From the NCBI GenBank assembly GCA_964425005.1, contig CAYRKT010000002.1, forward strand, positions 1 through 58,766: a DNA stretch of 58,766 bases, read 5' to 3'. Made by a program: the position numbers and the translations under genes. The first letter of the stretch is position 1; every line of letters begins with the position of its first letter. Below the pieces are notes generated by a model that saw only the letters and a list, made by a program, of their open reading frames with translations, ran no database searches and had not been told where the DNA came from. Positions 10,535 through 19,511 of this stretch are shown here, piece by piece. The DNA comes from an uncultured Synergistia bacterium (GTDB lineage Bacteria; Synergistota; Synergistia; CAYRKT01).

Positions 10535-12026
10535 GTCCCTCCTCCTCCAGGACCTCCCTCAGGGCCCTCTCCTCGTTGTAGGGCAGGTGCTCGTCCCCGA
10601 CTATCATGTAGCTCTCAGGCCCCTTGCCGGCCAGGAGCAGGACGTCCCCATCCCTGCTGAACCTCACGGCCCGCCTGATGGCCTCCTTCCTGTCTATCTC
10701 TATGGCGTACCTGCCCTGTCCGCCACCCGCCACGACCCCCGCCTCTATGTGCCTCGCTATCTCCATGGGGTCGTCGAATCGAGGGTTGTCCATCGTGATC
10801 ACCACGAAGTCGCACCTCTCGGCGGCGAGCTTGCCCATCTCCCAGGCGTTCCTGAGGTACCTGTCGCCGCCGAAGCCGAACAGGGCCACGAGCCTGCCGC
10901 CCTCTCCCATTGCCTCCCTGGCCGCCGATATGAGCTTCTCCAGCGCGTCCGGGGAGTGGGCGTAGTCTATCACAGCCCAGGCACCGTTGGAGAGCCTCCT
11001 CACCTCCACCCTGCCCGGCACCCTCCTGAGCTCCCTTATGCCCCGCAGGGCCTCTTCCACCGAGAAGCCAAGCCCCCTGGCCAGCGCGTAGGCCGTGAGG
11101 GCGTTGTAGACGTTGTACCTACCTATCATGGGGACCAGGAGCTGGCCGGCGAGGCACCCCCCCTCGAACACCTGCGCCCTCGCCCCCCTCATGTCCACTC
11201 CTTCGACGGCCGCGAAGAAATCCGCCGACGGGTCGAGCAGGGAGAGGGAAAAGGAGGGAAGACCGGCCCTCCTGAGCTCCGAAGACAACCTAGAACCCCA
11301 CTCGTCGTCGACGTTGACCACCCTGACGCCCCCGGGAGCAGTGTAGTCGAAGAACAAGGACCTCTTGGCCTGATAGTAGCCCTCCATCGTCCCGTGGAAG
11401 TCCAGGTGTTCGGGCGTCAGGTTGGTGAAGGCGGAGGCCTCGAAGCTCACGTCCACCAACCTGTCCATCTGGAGCCCATGGGAGGAGGCCTCCATGACGA
11501 AGAAGGTGCACCCCCGATCGACGGCCCTCCTCATCCACCCCTGGACCTCCCAGGACTCGGGCGTCGTCCTGTCCGCCTCCACCTCCTCCTCTCCGTCGGA
11601 GTAGACGACCGTGCCCATGAGCCCTACCTTAAAGCCCAACCCCACGAGGATCGACCTGAGCATGAAGGTGGTGGTGGTCTTCCCGTTGGTCCCCGTGATC
11701 CCGACCACCCTCAGGGCCCTGGACGGACGCCCGCACAGGATGGAGCTCACCCTTCCCATGAACCTGCGCGGGTTCGTCACCACCACCTGAGGCACCCCGT
11801 GCTCCAGAGGTCTTTCCACCACAAGGGCGACGGCGCCACGCTCGAGGGCATCATCGGCCAACTCGTGTCCGTCGAACCTGGCCCCCCTCACGCACACGTA
11901 CATGTAACCCCGCCTCACCTGTGAGGTGTGGTTGGTCACCCCGGTCAACTCCACGTCCGCATCCCCTATCAGTTCAAAGCTTTCTCCTTCCTCCCGCAAG
12001 ACCCTCAGGACGTCGAGGAGCTTCAC
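10515..12026 (-). CDS. murE: UDP-N-acetylmuramoyl-dipeptide--diamino acid ligase (DNPR motif, meso-DAP type)
   Basis: GITGTNGKTT, TTPES, MEASSHG, HLDFH, DYAHSPD, GGDR, DNPR, LAGKG. Start GTG 12026 overlaps the ftsI stop. Confidence 0.96.
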   Translation of the reverse strand: MKLLDVLRVLREEGESFELIGDADVELTGVTNHTSQVRRGYMYVCVRGARFDGHELADDALERGAVALVVERPLEHGVPQVVVTNPRRFMGRVSSILCGRPSRALRVVGITGTNGKTTTTFMLRSILVGLGFKVGLMGTVVYSDGEEEVEADRTTPESWEVQGWMRRAVDRGCTFFVMEASSHGLQMDRLVDVSFEASAFTNLTPEHLDFHGTMEGYYQAKRSLFFDYTAPGGVRVVNVDDEWGSRLSSELRRAGLPSFSLSLLDPSADFFAAVEGVDMRGARAQVFEGGCLAGQLLVPMIGRYNVYNALTAYALARGLGFSVEEALRGIRELRRVPGRVEVRRLSNGAWAVIDYAHSPDALEKLISAAREAMGEGGRLVALFGFGGDRYLRNAWEMGKLAAERCDFVVITMDNPRFDDPMEIARHIEAGVVAGGGQGRYAIEIDRKEAIRRAVRFSRDGDVLLLAGKGPESYMIVGDEHLPYNEERALREVLEEEGLGLEVV

Positions 12027-13735
12027 GGCGAGCTCAAACCCCCTTCGAACCTGGCCACCTCTCTGACGACCCTCGAGAAGAGCGGAGCCACGATCTCGCT
12101 GGCCAGCACGATCCCGCCCCTGGGCCTCCCCATCACGAGCAGGAGCAGATGTCTGGGCTCCTCCGCTGGCCAAAACCCGACAAAGGATATCACATATCTA
12201 TCGGTATATCTACCCTCCTCAGCTATCTGCGCCGTGCCCGTCTTCCCGCCCACCTCCAGGCCCTCCACGGCGGCCTTCCGCGCCGTGCCTACCTGCACGA
12301 CCCTCCTGAGCATCCTCCTCAGCTCGGCGGAGACCTCGGGACTTATGACCTGTCTCCTCTCCATGGGCGCTGGCGAGAACCTCTCCTCCCCGAGGACACC
12401 CTCCACCACCCTGGGCCTCACCAGGAAGCCCCCGTTCACCAGGGCGCAGTAAGCAGCGGCTAGCTGAACGGGCGTGACCGCGAACCCATGGCCTATGCCC
12501 ACCAGGGCCCTGGTCGCCCCGAACCACTCCCTGAAGGGCGGAAGCAAGCCCACCTCCTCGCCGGGCAGCTCCACGCCCGTCCTGGACCCGAAGCCGAAGG
12601 CCCTAAGGTACTCGTACACCCACCTGTCCTCAACCCTCAGCCTGGCCTCGATAGCCCCCGCGTTGCACGAATACATCAACACCTCCTCCAGCGAGACCCG
12701 ACCGTGGGAGTGGATGCACCTTATCCTGGTCCCGGCGTACTCGTAGTAGCCAGGGCAGTAGAAGCTCTCCCTCCCGGAGAGCTTGCCCAGCTCAAGGCCT
12801 ATAGCCGCCACCAGCGGCTTCACCGTAGAGCCGGGCTCGTAGACCCGCGATACGGCGTTGTTCCTCCTGTGCTCAGGGGGGAAATCCCACCAGCTGTTGG
12901 GATCGAAGGAGGGATAGCTGGCCATAGCGAGTATCCTGCCGTCGACGGCGCTCATCAGGATCCCCGCCCCCCACTCGGCACCGTTGGAGGAGCAGGCCTC
13001 CGACAGCTCCTTGTCGAGGAAGTGCTGATACCTGAAGTCCAGGGTCAGCTGCAGCCCCCTTCCCCCTAGACCCCCCGCGTCGGGGGGGCTCGCCAGGGCC
13101 CTCCCGACGATCCGGCCCCTCGCGTCCCTGAGGAGCTTGTAGAGGTAAACCCTGGAGGACAGGAACGAGTCCCACTCGAACTCCAGGCCCTCGAGCCCCT
13201 GGTCGTCCAGGCCGCAAAACCCCAGCACATGCGCCCCCACCGGGCCGAAGGGGTAGAAGCGCTTGCGCTCCTCCATCACGTAAAGGCCCCTGACGTCGGC
13301 CGAGAGCACCGCCGAGGCCAGGGACTGATCCACCCTCCTCTTGATCCATACGAACTTCCTCCCCTCCCTCCTGGCCTCGTCGATCGCCCTGAGGGCCTCT
13401 TCCCCGAAGGCGGACCTGAACCACTGAGCGCCCGCCGGGTCGAGCTGGACCTCGCCGGGGACCGCATACACGCTGGGGGATGGGACGCTGGAGGCCACGA
13501 CCAAGCCGTTCCTGTCGAAAATGAAACCCCTGTCGCTCCTCAAGGCCACCCTGCTCCAGTACTGGCCCTTGAGGGCCTCCTCTATCCTGGGGTCAGGTCT
13601 CAGATGCAGGGAGAGGCACCTGAGGAATATCGAGAAGAACAGGAGCCCGCAGAGCGAGAGCAAAACCCCGAAGCGAAACTTGGAGCCCTCGGAGGCCAGG
13701 CCCTCCGCAGAGCCGCCTCCCCAGGGAAGAGGCAC
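12023..13735 (-). CDS. ftsI: Class B penicillin-binding protein FtsI/PBP2b
   Basis: RGFIFDRNG, RFYP, GLEGLE, SxxK (STVK), SxN (SCN), KTG (KTGT); no PASTA domain. Confidence 0.94.
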   Translation of the reverse strand: MPLPWGGGSAEGLASEGSKFRFGVLLSLCGLLFFSIFLRCLSLHLRPDPRIEEALKGQYWSRVALRSDRGFIFDRNGLVVASSVPSPSVYAVPGEVQLDPAGAQWFRSAFGEEALRAIDEARREGRKFVWIKRRVDQSLASAVLSADVRGLYVMEERKRFYPFGPVGAHVLGFCGLDDQGLEGLEFEWDSFLSSRVYLYKLLRDARGRIVGRALASPPDAGGLGGRGLQLTLDFRYQHFLDKELSEACSSNGAEWGAGILMSAVDGRILAMASYPSFDPNSWWDFPPEHRRNNAVSRVYEPGSTVKPLVAAIGLELGKLSGRESFYCPGYYEYAGTRIRCIHSHGRVSLEEVLMYSCNAGAIEARLRVEDRWVYEYLRAFGFGSRTGVELPGEEVGLLPPFREWFGATRALVGIGHGFAVTPVQLAAAYCALVNGGFLVRPRVVEGVLGEERFSPAPMERRQVISPEVSAELRRMLRRVVQVGTARKAAVEGLEVGGKTGTAQIAEEGRYTDRYVISFVGFWPAEEPRHLLLLVMGRPRGGIVLASEIVAPLFSRVVREVARFEGGLSSP

Positions 13736-13758
13736 TCCCCCACCACCCTCTCCCGCCT

Positions 13759-14151
13759 TCAGTCTTTGGCCTCAGCCCTCCTGCCGCCGAGGATCTCGAG
13801 CCCTCCGCGAGAGGCCATGGCCCCAGCCTCGCCCGACCCCCTTCGCTCGACCGAGACCACGCCCTTAGGGGACGAGCGAACCATCTTCAGCTCGAGCTTG
13901 GCCTTCTCCTCTATCCGAGCGAAACAGCGAAGGGCCTCGAGCTGCGCCCGAAGGGTGAGCTCCTCCCTCCGAAGCCCCTCCCTTTCCTCGATCAAACTCC
14001 ATATCCTCCTCTCCAGAAAGAGGGCCTCGAGCCTGAGGGATATCAGGTTAAGGGAGAGCAAGAAGACAGCAAAACCCACAAAGACGAAGGAAAGCCTCCC
14101 TGCGGAGCGCCCCGCGCGCACGGCAAGCCTGAGCAACAAAGCCCCCAGCAA
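13759..14151 (-). CDS. ftsL: FtsL-like septal protein
   Basis: Single TM then coiled coil ending ARIEEKAKLELKMV; sits between rsmH and ftsI. Confidence 0.65.
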   Translation of the reverse strand: MLGALLLRLAVRAGRSAGRLSFVFVGFAVFLLSLNLISLRLEALFLERRIWSLIEEREGLRREELTLRAQLEALRCFARIEEKAKLELKMVRSSPKGVVSVERRGSGEAGAMASRGGLEILGGRRAEAKD

Positions 14152-14152
14152 C

Positions 14153-15082
14153 TCAACCCCTCCCTCCCGAGACCCCGACTCTGCGTAAGGCCCTGAGCTT
14201 CGCGCTCCGAGCCCTCCTGTTGCGGGAGAGCTCGGCCTCCGACGGCTCTATGGGCTTCTTCGTCAGGAGAACGTATGCCCCCGAGGCCGAAGCCTCGCGG
14301 AAAGCCCTCTTGACCAGCCCGTCCTCCAGGGAGTGGTAGGAGATCACCGCCATCCTCCCTCCGGGCGAGAGAACCCTCAAAGCAGCCTCAAGCCCCCTCT
14401 TAAGCTCCCCCATCTCGTCGTTGACGTATATGCGAAGGGCCTGAAAGGTCCTCCTGGCCGGGTGCTTCCCGCAGGCCCTCTGAGCGGGCTTGGGTATCGC
14501 CTCCCTGATCAGGGAGACCAGCTCCCCCGTGGTCCTTATAGGGGCTTCCTCTCGCCTCCTCACCACCGCCCTGGCTATCCTCCTGGCCCACCTCTCCTGC
14601 CCATACCTCCAGAGGATCGAGGCTATATCCTCCTCCGAAAGGTGGTTCAACGCCCAGGAGGCGTCGAACTCGCACCCCTCGCCCATCCTCATGTCGAGGG
14701 GCCCGTCCAGGTCGAAGCTGAACCCTCGCTCACCGTCCTCCAGCTGCATGGAGGAGACCCCCAGGTCGAAGACGACCACGTCGACCGAGCGAAAACCAGC
14801 GGCCTCGACCGCCTCCTCGAGGCGGGAGAAGGGGGCGCAGAAGAAGTGGAGGCTAGCGCCAGGGAACTCCCTCCTGAGCCTGAAGGAGGCGGCCTCGAGG
14901 GCGAGCGGATCTCTGTCCATCCCTATCAGGGCGCAAGAGGCCCCGCACCTCGAGAGCAAGGCCCTCGCGTGCCCTCCCCCCCCGAGCGTGGCATCCAGCA
15001 CTACCTCCCCAGCCCTGGGGGACAACAGTTCGCACAGCTCCTCGACCATCACAGGCGCGTGCGAAAGCTCAGCGTATCTCAA
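14153..15082 (-). CDS. rsmH: 16S rRNA m4C1402 methyltransferase
   Basis: HAPVM, DATLGGGGH, DLGVSSMQ, PLDMRM, FQALRIYVNDE, ISYHSLED, NRRARSAKLR. Start TTG 15082 with SD AGGAGG. Confidence 0.96.
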   Translation of the reverse strand: MRYAELSHAPVMVEELCELLSPRAGEVVLDATLGGGGHARALLSRCGASCALIGMDRDPLALEAASFRLRREFPGASLHFFCAPFSRLEEAVEAAGFRSVDVVVFDLGVSSMQLEDGERGFSFDLDGPLDMRMGEGCEFDASWALNHLSEEDIASILWRYGQERWARRIARAVVRRREEAPIRTTGELVSLIREAIPKPAQRACGKHPARRTFQALRIYVNDEMGELKRGLEAALRVLSPGGRMAVISYHSLEDGLVKRAFREASASGAYVLLTKKPIEPSEAELSRNRRARSAKLRALRRVGVSGGRG

Positions 15083-15503
15083 GGGCAGAGACCTCCTCCA
15101 GGATGTCGGAGAGCCTGCCATAGGTTTCCTCCCTGTAGTTCCTCCAGACCTCCAGGTTCCACACCTCGACCTTGACGCCTGCCCCGATGACGGCGACCTT
15201 GCCCTCCAACATCGCGTGCTCCCTCAGGTGCGAGGGGAGGAGCACCCTCCCCTGCTCGTCCACGGATAGCTCCACCGCGCTGGAACACAGCATCCTGATC
15301 AGATCCCTGGACGCCTTCCTGCTGGAGGGCAAACTGCTGTACCTCTCTAAAACCTCCCTCCAAGTGGAGGCCGGGTATATCTCGACGCACCTCTCGAAGC
15401 CCATGGTCGCCACGGGCTCGTCTCCCAGCTCGGCCCTGAACCTCGCCGGCAGGACGAGCCTGCCCTTCGAGTCTATGGAGTGCTCGTGGAAGCCCAGGAA
15501 CAA
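15069..15503 (-). CDS. mraZ: Division/cell wall cluster repressor MraZ
   Basis: HSIDSKGRLVLPARFR and DEQGRVLLP repeats; first gene of dcw. Confidence 0.96.
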   Translation of the reverse strand: MFLGFHEHSIDSKGRLVLPARFRAELGDEPVATMGFERCVEIYPASTWREVLERYSSLPSSRKASRDLIRMLCSSAVELSVDEQGRVLLPSHLREHAMLEGKVAVIGAGVKVEVWNLEVWRNYREETYGRLSDILEEVSALEIR

Positions 15504-15509
15504 AGTCCA

Positions 15510-15533
15510 CCACTCCCTACCACTTTATACCAC
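15510..15533 (-). promoter_or_regulatory. MraZ operator: three GTGG direct repeats at 10-bp period, enclosing a TATAAA -10-like box
   Basis: Minus strand reads GTGGtataaaGTGGtagggaGTGG immediately 5' of mraZ; matches known MraZ box architecture. Confidence 0.75.
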
Positions 15534-15706
15534 AAGATGGATAAAAGAGCACCGGCGAAATTTCAAAACTTGCTCTGCGCCCTCCGGGTTGGCGGCAGAG
15601 AGGGGACCCGAGCCCTAAAGCGAGGCTGAACCAGTAGAGCCATCCGAGAGGCCCTGGAAAACCCGCTGGGGCAGGCGCCGGGAGGAGAATCTGGGAGGGG
15701 TGCTTG

Positions 15707-16050
15707 GGGGCGGAAGCCATCCGTAAGCCGGGTTCTGTCGAGGACAGCCATCCATCTGGGGCGCGAGTCGCCTCGCGCCTCCTGCGGCCAGACCCGGGGA
15801 TCAGCGGGCCACCTCATCTCCCCCTATTCGGCCTTGCTCCGGGTGGGGCTTGCCAAGCGCACCGGTCGCCCGATGCCTGGTGAGCTCTTACCTCACCTTT
15901 TCACCCTTGCCAGGGACCCCTGGCGGTCTCTTTTCTGTGGCGCTATCCCGGGGTCGCCCCCGCCGGGCGTTACCCGGCACCCTGCCCTGTGGAGCCCGGA
16001 CTTTCCTCTGCCCGCGCAGCGGCAGCGGCTGTCTGGATCGCTTCCGCCCC
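15707..16050 (-). ncRNA. rnpB: RNase P RNA (bacterial type A)
   Basis: GAGGAAAGUCCGGGC, GCCACAGAAA, GGUGAAA, GGUAAGAGC, GAGCAAG, ACAGAACCCGGCUUA; 5' GGGGCGGAAGCGAUCC pairs with 3' GGAUGGCUUCCGCCCC (P1). Confidence 0.97.
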
Positions 16051-16079
16051 TTGGATTGTCATTCGAGCAAAATTATAAT
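16051..16079. promoter_or_regulatory. Overlapping divergent sigma70-type promoter elements for cheR (+) and rnpB (-)
   Basis: Plus strand: TTGGAT(16051)-17 bp-TATAAT(16074). Minus strand: TATAAT at 16077-16072 within the palindrome ATTATAAT, with no good -35. Confidence 0.55.
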
Positions 16080-16113
16080 CTAAACCTGAGCTGAAGGGAG
16101 AGGGGGGCGGAAT

Positions 16114-16917
16114 TTGCTGGAGGAAAAGGACTACCCGGCTCCGCCAGAGTACGTGGATTTCAAGAGGAAGGTGAGGAGCCTCACCGGGGTGGACCTGGAC
16201 GCCTACAAGTACCAGATCCACAGGCGGGTCCACATGCTGATGCAGAGGTGGGGCATGAGGAGCTACGACGACTACTTCAACGCCATAAAGAACGACGAGA
16301 AGAGGCTTCGAGAGTTCCTGGATTACCTGACCATAAACGTATCCGAGTTCTTCCGAAACCCGAACAAGTTCGAGGAGCTGGAGGCCAGGGTCATCCCCAT
16401 GCTCCTGGAGGGAAAGGCCAGGAGACAGCTCAAAGCCTGGAGCGCCGGGTGCGCCACGGGGGAGGAGCCTTACTCTCTCGCCATCATCTTCGAGGACCTG
16501 GGCATAGCCAGGGAGCCCAGGATCCTGGCCACGGACATAGACAAGACGGCTTTGGCCATAGCCCAAAAGGGGATCTACGCCAAGAAACAGCTGGCAAACG
16601 TGAGCCAGGAGAGGATCGCCAGGCACTTCACCCCCCTGGGGGACGACCTCTACGAGGTGAAGCCCCACGTCAAAGATAGGGTCAGGTTCCAGCAACAAGA
16701 TCTCCTCAAAGACCCCTTCGACAAGGACTTCGACCTGATCCTGTGCCGAAACGTGGTGATATACTTCAGGCCCGAGGCCAAGGACATGCTGTACAGGAAG
16801 TTCCAGGAGGCCCTGCGCCCCGGCGGCGTACTCATGGTGGGAGGGACCGAGCAGATCTTCAACTACCGGGAGCTGGGCTTCAAGAGCGCAGGCCCTTTCC
16901 TCTACCAGAAAGCATGA
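16114..16917 (+). CDS. cheR: Chemotaxis protein-glutamate O-methyltransferase
   Basis: TINVSEFFRN, WSAGCATGEEPYS, ATDID, ILCRNVVIYF. Confidence 0.95.
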   Translation: MLEEKDYPAPPEYVDFKRKVRSLTGVDLDAYKYQIHRRVHMLMQRWGMRSYDDYFNAIKNDEKRLREFLDYLTINVSEFFRNPNKFEELEARVIPMLLEGKARRQLKAWSAGCATGEEPYSLAIIFEDLGIAREPRILATDIDKTALAIAQKGIYAKKQLANVSQERIARHFTPLGDDLYEVKPHVKDRVRFQQQDLLKDPFDKDFDLILCRNVVIYFRPEAKDMLYRKFQEALRPGGVLMVGGTEQIFNYRELGFKSAGPFLYQKA

Positions 16918-16948
16918 GGCCGAGGCTTCCGCCTCGGCCCTTTCTCCC

Positions 16949-17464
16949 TCAAAGCCCGTAGGACCTGGCCAGCTCCTCGTAGGCCAGGACGTGCTCCTTA
17001 AGGTGCTTCAGCTCCTCCTCGGTGAGCTCCCTCACCACCTTGGCGGGGGCCCCGATTATCAAGCTCCGGGGGGGAAACCTCTTGCCCCCGGTCACCAGGG
17101 CCTTCGCGCCCACTATGGAGAACTCCCCTATCTCAGCTCCGTCCAGCACCACAGCCCCCATCCCTATGAGGGAACCCCTCCTCACGATGCAGCCGTGGAG
17201 GATCGCCGAGTGCCCCACCGTCACGTCCTCCTCCACTATCACCGGGAGCTCCCTCGTCACGTGGACCGCCACCAGGTCCTGGAGGTTGGACCTCTTGCCC
17301 ACGTAGATCCGGTTCAGATCTCCCCGAAGCACAGCCCCGAACCAAACGCTGCTCCCCTCGTCCAGCTCCACGTCGCCTATCAGCGAGGCGTTGGGGGCCA
17401 CGAAGGCCGCCTTAGCGATCTTGGGCATCTTACCCCCGTGCTCGTGTATGGCCAAGTGGATCAC
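16949..17464 (-). CDS. Gamma-class carbonic anhydrase family (YrdA/PaaY-like hexapeptide protein)
   Basis: IGDV, WFGAVLRGD, NLQD..H, VGHSAILHG with three His metal ligands. Confidence 0.9.
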   Translation of the reverse strand: MIHLAIHEHGGKMPKIAKAAFVAPNASLIGDVELDEGSSVWFGAVLRGDLNRIYVGKRSNLQDLVAVHVTRELPVIVEEDVTVGHSAILHGCIVRRGSLIGMGAVVLDGAEIGEFSIVGAKALVTGGKRFPPRSLIIGAPAKVVRELTEEELKHLKEHVLAYEELARSYGL

Positions 17465-17467
17465 CCC

Positions 17468-18103
17468 TCAGCGAGATCTAACTATCTCCTTTATGCGCAT
17501 CAGACGGCTCAGGTTAGACCTCTCCATCTCGTCGAGCTTCATCGTTATGTACCTTATGGTCTCCTGAAAGCCCGGGATGAGGACGTACTCGAGGGCGTTG
17601 ACCCTCCTCCTGGTCTTCTCGATCTCCACCGCCATCAGCTTCAAGGACTTCTCGAGCTGGGCGAGCTCCAACAACCTCGGCAGGAGCTCCGAGAAGCGCC
17701 TCACGGCCTCGTCCAGCTCGGCGGAGGTGAAGGCGAAGCTGTAGGCCAAAGGCCTCCCCTCGGTCCTCTCGAAGGAGTAGCGAGGCACGTGCACGCTCAT
17801 CACGTTCTGGTAGTGGACCGAGGCCTTAACCCTGGTCATGGGGACCACGAAGGCCTGCTCTATCGCCTCCCTGGAGCTGAAGGACCTGGCCATCACGAAG
17901 GCCCTGAGGCTCTTTATCAGCTCCTCCTCCACCTGGGCCCTGAGCTCCCAGGCCCTCCGGGCCAGGGCTATGAACTCCTTGATCAGGGCATCCTGCTTGT
18001 CCTTGAGGAGCTTATGACCCCTCTGAGCCACCAGAAGCCTCTTCTTGAGGCGCTGGAGCTCCATCCGGTTGGGGTTGACCTGGACCAGCCTCGCCATCTC
18101 CAT
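17468..18103 (-). CDS. ntpD: V/A-type ATP synthase subunit D
   Basis: VNPNRMEL, RGHKLLKDK, EIEKTRRRVNALE. Confidence 0.96.
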   Translation of the reverse strand: MEMARLVQVNPNRMELQRLKKRLLVAQRGHKLLKDKQDALIKEFIALARRAWELRAQVEEELIKSLRAFVMARSFSSREAIEQAFVVPMTRVKASVHYQNVMSVHVPRYSFERTEGRPLAYSFAFTSAELDEAVRRFSELLPRLLELAQLEKSLKLMAVEIEKTRRRVNALEYVLIPGFQETIRYITMKLDEMERSNLSRLMRIKEIVRSR

Positions 18104-18110
18104 CTACCCC

Positions 18111-19511
18111 TCAGGCGGCCTCTTTCGCCTTGCCCAGGCGCGGCTCCAGGTACTTCTTTATGTACTCGTCGCGGACGCGCTTTAGCTCCCTGACCGGCAG
18201 TATGGTCAGGAGATCCCAGCCCAGGTCCAACGTCTCGAATATGCTCCTGTTCTCGTACTCGCCCTGCCTGACGTACTTGTCCTCGAACTCGTCGGCGAAC
18301 CTAGCGAAGGCCTTGTCCACCTCGGTCAGAGCCCCCTCGCCCAAGATCACCGCCAGCTCCTTGGCCTCCTTGCCCCTGGCGTAGGCGGCGAATATCTGGT
18401 TGAGCAAGTCGGCGTGGTCCTCCCTGGTCTTGCCCCTCCCTATCCCCTTGTCCTTAAGCCTAGATAGGCTCGGGAGCACGTCTATGGGCGGATAGATCCC
18501 CTTCCTGTGAAGACCCCTGCTCAGGATTATCTGCCCCTCCGTGATGTAGCCGGTGAGGTCGGGGATGGGATGGGTCTTGTCGTCTTCCGGCATGGTGAGG
18601 ACCGGGATCTGGGTGATGGAGCCCTTCTTACCCCTGATCTTGCCGGCCCTCTCGTACATGGTGGCCAGGTCGGTGTAGAGATAGCCCGGATAGCCCCGCC
18701 TGCCCGGCACCTCCTTCCTGGCGGCCGATATCTCCCTCAGGGCCTCGCAGTAGTTGGTCATGTCGGTGAGTATCACCAGCACGTGCATGTCCAGCTCGAA
18801 GGCCAGATACTCGGCGCAGGTCAGGGCCAACCTCGGGGTGGCTATCCTCTCGATGGCTGGGTCGTCGGCGAGGTTTATGAAGAGGACCGTCCTCTCGATG
18901 GCTCCGGTCCTCCGGAAGTCCTCCATGAAGAAGTTGGCCTCCTCGAAGGTTATCCCCATCGCGGCGAAGACCACGCCGAAGGCCTCGTGGCCCTCCAGGA
19001 CCCTCGCTTGCCTGGCTATCTGGGCGGCCAGCCTGTTGTGGGGCATGCCAGCGCCGGAGAATATGGGCAGCTTCTGCCCCCTCACCAGCGGGTTCATCCC
19101 GTCTATGGCCGAGACCCCCGTCTGTATGAACTCCGAAGGGTAGTCCCTGGAGTAGGGGTTGATGGGGTATCCGTTGATGTCGAGCATCTTCTCGGGGATT
19201 ATCCTGGGACCGCCGTCGATGGGATCTCCGCGACCGTTGAAGACCCTTCCCAGCATCTGCCTGCTCACCGGTAGCTCCAAGACCTTTCCCAGGAACCTGA
19301 CGGAGGTCTCCTTGACGTCTATCCCCGAGGTCCCCTCGAAGACCTGCACCAGGGCCCTGTCGGTGGTGACCTCCAGGACCCTGCCTCTCCTGGTCTGTCC
19401 GTCGGCCAGCTTGATCTCCACCAGCTCGTCGTACCTGACGTCGGCCACCTTCTCGACCACCAGAAGGGGGCCCGCCAAGCCGCTTATGGTCCTGTACTCC
19501 TTAGGCAACAT
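18111..19511 (-). CDS. ntpB: V/A-type ATP synthase subunit B
   Basis: [38 protein letters not shown]. Confidence 0.97.
   Translation of the reverse strand: MLPKEYRTISGLAGPLLVVEKVADVRYDELVEIKLADGQTRRGRVLEVTTDRALVQVFEGTSGIDVKETSVRFLGKVLELPVSRQMLGRVFNGRGDPIDGGPRIIPEKMLDINGYPINPYSRDYPSEFIQTGVSAIDGMNPLVRGQKLPIFSGAGMPHNRLAAQIARQARVLEGHEAFGVVFAAMGITFEEANFFMEDFRRTGAIERTVLFINLADDPAIERIATPRLALTCAEYLAFELDMHVLVILTDMTNYCEALREISAARKEVPGRRGYPGYLYTDLATMYERAGKIRGKKGSITQIPVLTMPEDDKTHPIPDLTGYITEGQIILSRGLHRKGIYPPIDVLPSLSRLKDKGIGRGKTREDHADLLNQIFAAYARGKEAKELAVILGEGALTEVDKAFARFADEFEDKYVRQGEYENRSIFETLDLGWDLLTILPVRELKRVRDEYIKKYLEPRLGKAKEAA

Noticed and set aside
4537-12173. Apparent N-terminal extensions on murG, murD, mraY and murE (also ruvC, yebC, lysZ, DUF190)
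   Set aside because: Artefacts of longest-ORF calling. True starts overlap the upstream stop codons (ATGA/GTGA) and follow SD motifs.
15540-15706. Spacer between the rnpB 3' end and the mraZ operator; possible small RNA or 67-84 aa ORFs
   Set aside because: No recognisable motif, SD or coding-like composition.
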